Shown: piece after piece, positions 58,083-64,000 of the stretch | Numbering within the stretch: the first letter of the stretch is position 1 | Layout: each line of letters begins with the position of its first letter | Source: an uncultured Chloroflexia bacterium | GTDB lineage: Bacteria > Chloroflexota > Limnocylindria > Limnocylindrales > CSP1-4 | Assembly: GCA_963768655.1 (NCBI GenBank) | Contig: CAVYIM010000004.1 | Location: 192,001 to 256,000 of the forward strand | Direction of reading: 5' to 3' | DNA: 64,000 nucleotides | Notes under the pieces: model-generated | What the model saw: the letters and a program-made list of their open reading frames with translations, nothing else | Told to the model about the DNA's origin: nothing | Databases searched by the model: none | Translations under genes and position numbers: made by a program

Positions 58083-58967
58083 ATGACGACGATTGCATGC
58101 TGGTTCGGCGCGGACACGCACGGTCCTGCATCTCTCTACATCGCCTCTGACAGCCGCATCAGCTGGAGTGCGCCCGGGGCAGTCGATGATCCAGCACGGC
58201 CGCGACTGATGTGGGATCAGGGGCGAAAGGTATTCGCCTGTCATGAGCAGCCTCACATCTTCGGCTACTACGGCAACGTGGTGTTCCCGGCGCTCGCTAT
58301 TCCTTCGGTTTGCGAGCTCATCGACCGCAGGCTCCTGCCGTCCACGACCAATCCAACGCGCTGGCACCTTCAGGTGAAGAAGACATTCGATGGATTGTTC
58401 TCCGACTATCCGCGCGATGCGATGACGACCTGCGGGATCATCCACGGACTCAGAATTGGAGCGGGAACCTCTTGCACATTCAGCCTGGCGGTGTTGACGT
58501 GGAAACCCGGACAGGAGCGATTTGAGATCAAGCGGGTCTCGATTTCCGGAACGAAGTCGGGGATCTTGGTTCTCGAGGGCACCGGGAGCCGTGCTGTTCA
58601 GGACATGCGTGTGGAGTGGTCGAAGAGCGCGCATCGCGACACATCGCGGGCCGAGTTCAGTGCGTTCTGTGACGGGCTACGCTCAGCGCGGGACCCGAAC
58701 ACAGGAGGAGCCCCTCAGCTCGCGGGTCTATATCGGATTGGCCCCGGACGGCCGTTTGGGGTTGTGTGGAGAGGACAGGCGACCGTGGCTGGCCGCCGAA
58801 GGATATCCTTGGAAGATCGGGCGGCCGGACGGCAGGTGATTGGTTGGCACAACGAGCTGTTCGAGATCGCGGACCGGGACACGAGGAGGCGGCGCCCTGG
58901 CGCTCAGCGGCACGGACGGCCAGCGCTTGAGCCCTCAGGACCGGCGGGGGACGATGGGCCGGCATAG
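58083..58967 (+). CDS. Hypothetical protein, proteasome-beta/HslV-like Ntn-hydrolase fold suspected
   Basis: MTTIA..IASDSR..GRKVF..IFGYYG..GTGS..D.NTGG pattern. Confidence 0.55.
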   Translation: MTTIACWFGADTHGPASLYIASDSRISWSAPGAVDDPARPRLMWDQGRKVFACHEQPHIFGYYGNVVFPALAIPSVCELIDRRLLPSTTNPTRWHLQVKKTFDGLFSDYPRDAMTTCGIIHGLRIGAGTSCTFSLAVLTWKPGQERFEIKRVSISGTKSGILVLEGTGSRAVQDMRVEWSKSAHRDTSRAEFSAFCDGLRSARDPNTGGAPQLAGLYRIGPGRPFGVVWRGQATVAGRRRISLEDRAAGRQVIGWHNELFEIADRDTRRRRPGAQRHGRPALEPSGPAGDDGPA

Positions 58968-59015
58968 CCTGCACCCCGCGGCAAAGCTTGGGGGGTCCGT
59001 CTATCGGGGTCAGGG

Positions 59016-61280
59016 CTACTTCGTTTTCACAGCGTCGAACGCGGCTCGCTCGAACGAGGAGAGCTCGAACGAGACGGGCTTGAGGTAGGCTGCCCACACG
59101 ATTCGCGGCAAACCGCCTTTGCGCCTGGACTGGCAGACCACGACAATCGTCGGATCTGACGGCTCCCGAGGCATGTCGCGAATAGCATCCCTCGGGTTGA
59201 CATCTGGACCTATGCCGAGGATGACCAGGCGGCCGAATTCAAGCGGGATCCGTTTGTTTCGAGTTGCTGCCTCCCGAGCCACCTCGGCGGCGTTTGTGGA
59301 TACCGCCGCAAGCTCGGGGATCGAAAGGTCGATACAGGCTCCGGCGGCTTCACGCCAGCCCTCGGGACGGTCCGACGACAGCGCTTGAACGAAGCTCCCG
59401 AGCGGCTCGGGGAGGAACTTCCGTGGCTTCTTCATCTTGGGGCCGCGCCCCGCGAGCCCGTCATAGTACGCGTCGAAGTCGGTGCTGGAATTCGCGATCA
59501 TCACCTTCCCGCCGTCGTGCAAAATGCCGAACCGCTCGCACAGCAAGTAGGACGCCCAGAGGTCGATCTCGTCGCTGACCTCCACGTCGCTGCCGAGGGG
59601 CAGGCGGTTTCGCCAAACGAGGTAATGGAGAAAGATCGCCGCGTTGTCGCACGTCTCGGCGATCACACGAAGATCGTTGATGTATACGGACCAAGGCAGC
59701 TCCTGCTCCGGGAGCAAGCCGAGCGATCGGAGGTGCCCAAGCTGGGAGGCGTGCCCTGCGAGCTCGTGCAGGGTGGGGTTCACGATGATTACAGTCGAGA
59801 CCGATCCCGATGGGATCCTAAGAATCTCGGCGCCCTTCTCATCGGTGAACACGGAGTCGCCGTCGCGCAGAAGGTAGGCTCGGGCACGAGCGCCCTGCTC
59901 CCAGGCAGCCTCGACGGCGGCCTCTATGTCGCTCTTGAGGCGACGAACATCGCCAAGTTGCCCTTGGACGCTAAGGGGCGACGCTTTGCCCTCGACGACG
60001 AGAGCGACGTCATCGAAGAGGACTAGCCCATCCAGTTCGGCGCCCTCATAGAACAGGTTGGTCTTCGCCATCGCCCCGGGCAGGAGCTCAGCAAGGTAAC
60101 CAACTGCTAGCCGGTCGAGTGTCTTGGCTCGCTGCTGTGAGAACGCCGTCTTGCCTGCTAGGAGTTCTGACTCAAAGAGGGCTGGCACGTCTCGCTCGAG
60201 TGCGCCCGGGATTGTGAGGAGGTAGTCTCCGTTGAGTTCGAGGAATGGCCTGGTCCGGAGGGGGCTCTCGTCGAACAGGCCCGAGTATCGGTCGCCGGCA
60301 AGGCTGCCAACTGACACCGATAGCCCGTCGAGTACGGCTTGAACACGATCGATGGACGGGGATTTTCGAGTGGCCGCGATCTCCGCTGCCGTGACCGTCA
60401 TGGCACCGCGAATGCCTGCCTCCATGACGCCGACGACGGCCATCATCCCCTTCGCCACCGCCTCCGGATCTCCCCTGGGCGCCTGACCCAAGACCACATT
60501 GGCTTTGGCTTCACCGGCTTGGCCTAGCTTGTTCATCTTCATGTTCATCAGTCCAGCGACGGCGTCGCCGACCTGCAACACGTCTTCAATCGTGAAACCG
60601 TAGGTGGCCAAGAGCCATTCGTTGTGCGGTCCGTAGAGCGCCACGGCCAGGTCACGGCCATGGGCGGCGAAGCTCGAGCCCCGGACCGTCATCCACCTCA
60701 TGGCCCCACCGAACTTGAGACGTGCTATCTCCGGATCTTCTCCTGGATCTTCTGTAAGGTTGAGCAAGAGAATGACTTCGACAATATGGTCAAGCTCATC
60801 GAAGACGGCCTGCATGTGTTTGGCTGTGGGGGGCTCCAGCGTTTTGGCTAGCGGCTGGGTTGCCAAGAGGCCGCTCACCAGTTCGATCTTGGCTTCGCTT
60901 CCTTCGTGCGTTGGTTCGAAGTAGCCTCCCCACGGAGTGAAGAGGTTTAGGGACTGCACGGTGGCGGTTATGTGGAGCGGGTCCCCTGTCCTCAGAAGAC
61001 TTCGCAGCTTCGCGATAGCCTCCGCGAGCTCAGTTCGAAACCCCTTGTGGGCTTCGGGAGCAAGCTTCATGAGTTCGGCATGCTCTTCCGGCGTTAATGC
61101 GCTCTTGGTGACCAAGTAGCCGCCCTGGAGTTGGTCCTCGATGACGCGTGACAGAAGCTGCGAGAACCGGTCGCCGCGCTTTGAGAATCCGGACGCGAGC
61201 TGATCATGTTTGGCCTCGAGTGCCGCCAGTGGACTCGGGTTGTGCGGCCTCGTGATCCTGCTTCTTCCCCTCTTCGACAT
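59016..61280 (-). CDS. Large hypothetical protein with PD-(D/E)xK (NERD-like) nuclease motif
   Basis: ELDGLVLFDDVALVVEGKA..Q...A; HYL..R..DEIDLWASYL. Confidence 0.65.
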   Translation of the reverse strand: MSKRGRSRITRPHNPSPLAALEAKHDQLASGFSKRGDRFSQLLSRVIEDQLQGGYLVTKSALTPEEHAELMKLAPEAHKGFRTELAEAIAKLRSLLRTGDPLHITATVQSLNLFTPWGGYFEPTHEGSEAKIELVSGLLATQPLAKTLEPPTAKHMQAVFDELDHIVEVILLLNLTEDPGEDPEIARLKFGGAMRWMTVRGSSFAAHGRDLAVALYGPHNEWLLATYGFTIEDVLQVGDAVAGLMNMKMNKLGQAGEAKANVVLGQAPRGDPEAVAKGMMAVVGVMEAGIRGAMTVTAAEIAATRKSPSIDRVQAVLDGLSVSVGSLAGDRYSGLFDESPLRTRPFLELNGDYLLTIPGALERDVPALFESELLAGKTAFSQQRAKTLDRLAVGYLAELLPGAMAKTNLFYEGAELDGLVLFDDVALVVEGKASPLSVQGQLGDVRRLKSDIEAAVEAAWEQGARARAYLLRDGDSVFTDEKGAEILRIPSGSVSTVIIVNPTLHELAGHASQLGHLRSLGLLPEQELPWSVYINDLRVIAETCDNAAIFLHYLVWRNRLPLGSDVEVSDEIDLWASYLLCERFGILHDGGKVMIANSSTDFDAYYDGLAGRGPKMKKPRKFLPEPLGSFVQALSSDRPEGWREAAGACIDLSIPELAAVSTNAAEVAREAATRNKRIPLEFGRLVILGIGPDVNPRDAIRDMPREPSDPTIVVVCQSRRKGGLPRIVWAAYLKPVSFELSSFERAAFDAVKTK

Positions 61281-61346
61281 ACCGTGAGTCTAGGGTTCTG
61301 TGATCGCGCGGTACAGGGCTCACCAGGCCTATCGGCCGATAGGCGA

Positions 61347-62267
61347 TCAGTAGCGATCGCCCGGTCCCAACCTCTTGTGGGCTTCGCGGGCCCGTTCGTC
61401 GGCGGCTGAAGCGCCATAGCGGGTGAGCATCGTCCGGCTGCGCCACCCGGCCAAGCGCATGAGATCGCCTTCGTTGCCGCCGGCGGCCAGCCACTGGTGG
61501 GCGTAGGTGTGGCGGAAACGGTGCGGGTGGACGTCGGCGATGCCGGCCGCGGCGCCACGGCGCCGGACAACGTCCGCCACGCCGTTCGGCGTCATCGGCC
61601 CAGCGAGCCCGAGCCAGAACGCGGGCCGGTCCTTGTCGCGGTGGCTCGCCCGCGCCCGGAGGTATCGGTCCAGCGCCTGCGCCGTTCGCCGCCCGAACGG
61701 ACAGGCTCGCTGTCGCCGGCCCTTGCCCAAGACCAGCGCGATGTTCTGTTCGAGATCGACATCGGCGACCCGCAGCCCGGCCAGTTCGCCGAGGCGCATG
61801 CCGGTGTCCAGGAACATCCGGACGACGGCCATGTCACGGCGATCCTCGAACGCACGCCCCTCGCACGCTGCGAGGAGGCGTCGGATCTCGTCGTCGGTGT
61901 ACACGTTGGGCGGCGTTTCGGGCACTTGCGGGGGACGCATCGTCGCCATCGGGCTCGCCTCGAGCTCGCCCTCGGCGACCGCCCAGCGAAAGAACGTCTG
62001 GAGGGCGCGGTAGCGGACCGAGGCGGTCGCGGGCTTGAATTGCGCCAGTTGGTCGGCGATGAAGTCCAGGCAGAATGTCTTAGGGATGCGGTCGACAGAG
62101 GTCGGGAGACGTTTCGTCCGCAGATACGCTTCGAACCCTGTAACCGCGTCGAGGTACGTCGTTACGGTCTTCGCGCTCTTGTTTTCGGCCAGCAGCGACC
62201 GCCGGAAGCTGTCGGCGAGGACGCCGAGCGTCGGTCCAGGGGCGGCGCCAGGGGTCTCTGGGGCCAT
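61347..62267 (-). CDS. Tyrosine recombinase/integrase
   Basis: [26 protein letters not shown]; GGAGG RBS; adjacent to the tRNA. Confidence 0.95.
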   Translation of the reverse strand: MAPETPGAAPGPTLGVLADSFRRSLLAENKSAKTVTTYLDAVTGFEAYLRTKRLPTSVDRIPKTFCLDFIADQLAQFKPATASVRYRALQTFFRWAVAEGELEASPMATMRPPQVPETPPNVYTDDEIRRLLAACEGRAFEDRRDMAVVRMFLDTGMRLGELAGLRVADVDLEQNIALVLGKGRRQRACPFGRRTAQALDRYLRARASHRDKDRPAFWLGLAGPMTPNGVADVVRRRGAAAGIADVHPHRFRHTYAHQWLAAGGNEGDLMRLAGWRSRTMLTRYGASAADERAREAHKRLGPGDRY

Positions 62268-62333
62268 TTGGAGCCCTCCGAAATCCGTCCAGTTAGAGTG
62301 TCGGAGAGCATAGTGCCAGGCCAGAGAATTGTC

Positions 62334-62356
62334 GAGCCCCTCAGTTAGAGGGGCTC
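62334..62356 (-). terminator. Hairpin downstream of tRNA-Gly
   Basis: gagcccctc-agtta-gaggggctc. Confidence 0.6.
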
Positions 62357-62377
62357 TTCACGAGGGATTTGGCGATT

Positions 62378-62453
62378 TGGAGCGGGAGACGGGATTCGAA
62401 CCCGCGACATTCTGCTTGGGAAGCAGACACTCTGCCAGCTGAGTTACTCCCGC
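62378..62453 (-). tRNA. tRNA-Gly(CCC)
   Basis: GCGGGAG acceptor stem, TCTGC-TTCCCAA-GCAGA anticodon arm, GGTTCGAATCC, CCA end; 76 nt. Confidence 0.97.
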
Positions 62454-62934
62454 TCGGCGAGCAAGCGCATTTATAGCAGATCGCGCGAGAGGGGCGGATG
62501 GGGCCAGTCGAGGTCCGGAGGCTTGCCGGCCGATCCCTCTGCGCGTCACGGCTGTGTCCAGCCAGCTCTGCGTATCCCGATGAGTCCGCGGGCGGCGCGA
62601 CAGACTCGTGTCACCCACCCAAGGCGACCAGCATGGCACGCGCCAACAAGCAAGCCTCAACCGCTGCAGCCGAGAAGGCGGCGGAGCTACCGGGGAGGGC
62701 TCTTCGGCAAGAGGTCGACGTGACCGATCCGAAGGTCCTGCGAGAGCTGGAGAAAGCGTATCTCCTGGTCCAAGATTGGACCGCGCCCTGCCAGCTGAGT
62801 TGCACCGGCTCGGCTGGAGCCGCGTCTCCGGCAACGTCCACGGCCACTCGCAGCCCGGGCTCCGGCCGGCGCCCGGCTCGCGCGGCAGCCCGCGCTGTGG
62901 GAGCCCACCCGAGGTCTATACAATCATCCGGCCG

Positions 62935-63726
62935 ATGCCTGACTACGACGCCTACATCTTTGACCTCGACGGGACCGTCTACCTGGGCAACGCCCTCCTG
63001 CCGAACGCCGGCACCGCCATCCGAACCATTCGAGAGTGCGGGCGCCGGACGGTCTTCCTCTCGAACAACCCCACTCACACCGCCGCCCAAGACAGCGCCA
63101 AGCTCACGCGACTCGGCCTGCCGACCCCTGTCGACGACGTGGTCAACTCGTCGATCGTCATGGTCGACTTCCTCGCCCGGCTGCGCGAGACGGACGGCAT
63201 CAACCGTCTCTTCGTCGTCGGCGAACAACCCCTCTGCGAGGTCCTCGCCGGCGCCGGATTTGAACTCGTGGATGACGCGAGGGCAACGCAGGCCGTCATC
63301 GCCAGCTTCGACAGGACCTTCGTCTACCGGAAGCTTCAGATCGCCTTCGACGCGATCCGCGCCGGCGCCCGCTTCTTTGCCACGAACGGGGACCGCTACT
63401 GCCCGGTGCCCGGCGGTGGCGAGCCCGACGCCGCGAGCATCATCGCCGCCATCGAGGCCTGCACCAACACGCGCTGCGAGGCGATTGTGGGCAAGCCCTC
63501 GCGCCACATGACGAACGCGATCCTGCATCTCGTCGGCGTCCCCGCTGGGCGCTGCCTCATCACCGGCGACCGGCTCGAGACCGATGTCCAGATGGGCCTC
63601 GACGCCGGCATGGGCGCCGCCCTCACGCTCACAGGCGCGACCACGCGCGACCAGGCGGAGGCGAGTCCGGTGAAACCCACCTACGTCTTCCGCGACCTCG
63701 GCGACCTCCTGGAGCAGGCCCTCTGA
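62935..63726 (+). CDS. HAD-IIA (NagD-like) phosphatase
   Basis: FDLDGTVY, LSNN, ATNGD, VGKPS, GDRLETD. Confidence 0.92.
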   Translation: MPDYDAYIFDLDGTVYLGNALLPNAGTAIRTIRECGRRTVFLSNNPTHTAAQDSAKLTRLGLPTPVDDVVNSSIVMVDFLARLRETDGINRLFVVGEQPLCEVLAGAGFELVDDARATQAVIASFDRTFVYRKLQIAFDAIRAGARFFATNGDRYCPVPGGGEPDAASIIAAIEACTNTRCEAIVGKPSRHMTNAILHLVGVPAGRCLITGDRLETDVQMGLDAGMGAALTLTGATTRDQAEASPVKPTYVFRDLGDLLEQAL

Positions 63727-64000
63727 TGCGCGGCCGTGGCGTCGACGGAGCCGATCCGCCGGGCCCGGCGCGCCACGGCGGACCGCTCATCCTCGGCATC
63801 GACCAGGGCACCAGCGGCAGCAAGGCTCTCGTCCTCGACGAGGCGAGCCGCGTCCTTGGTACCGGCTATCGAGCCGTCGGCCGCCTGCACCCGCACTCCG
63901 GCTGGACCGAGCAGGACCCGGTCGCGATCGCGGCCGGCGTTCGTGAGGCGATCGGCGAGGCGCTCGCCCAGGCTGGCGCCAGGCCGGCCCAGATCGCGGC
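63726..64000 (+). CDS. FGGY-family kinase (glycerol-kinase-like), 3'-truncated; not in the ORF track
   Basis: Read by hand: LILGIDQGTSGSKALVLD...GWTEQDP; start overlaps the HAD stop. Confidence 0.8.
   Translation, partial: MRGRGVDGADPPGPARHGGPLILGIDQGTSGSKALVLDEASRVLGTGYRAVGRLHPHSGWTEQDPVAIAAGVREAIGEALAQAGARPAQIA

Larger units (their letters stand above)
45203..62420. mobile_element. Composite genomic island integrated at tRNA-Gly(CCC)
   Basis: Flanking 43-bp direct repeats, tyrosine integrase next to the tRNA, internal second att plus integrase relic, TA/defence-like cargo. Confidence 0.85.

Noticed and set aside
52864-62377. Prophage or conjugative element
   Set aside because: No structural, replication, relaxase or T4SS genes recognised

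Overview
This is a high-GC bacterial chromosomal window. Gene style suggests a GC-rich Chloroflexota or actinobacterium-like organism, but that is a weak inference. The left ~41 kb looks like core or accessory housekeeping: the 3' end of an FN3-repeat surface protein built from near-identical 543-bp repeats, a GH3 beta-glucosidase, a GT87-like gene plus MMPL, and an ilvB-ilvN-ilvC-leuB-cimA-pheA operon behind a long Val/Ile/Leu-rich leader peptide and attenuator. Next come a PilZ gene with a sigma28-type promoter, a TasA-like/SipW fibre locus (one subunit frameshifted), an orphan degenerate lysine 5,6-aminomutase alpha-like gene, upp, a uracil permease and mgtA. A DeoR-linked cryptic catabolic locus (BtpA, metallophosphoesterase, FGGY kinase, EryC-like epimerase, APC permease, nucleotidyltransferase-fold protein) and a trio of secreted or His-rich unknowns follow. 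The right ~17 kb (45203-62453) is a nested or tandem genomic island at tRNA-Gly(CCC), with two tRNA 3'-end copies, one intact and one decayed tyrosine integrase. Its cargo is a UvrA-like resistance cassette, four toxin-antitoxin pairs, and three uncharacterised candidate defence proteins (HEPN-like RxxxxH, proteasome/Ntn-hydrolase-like, and a large PD-(D/E)xK NERD-like protein). All family calls come from motif recognition by eye; no searches were run.
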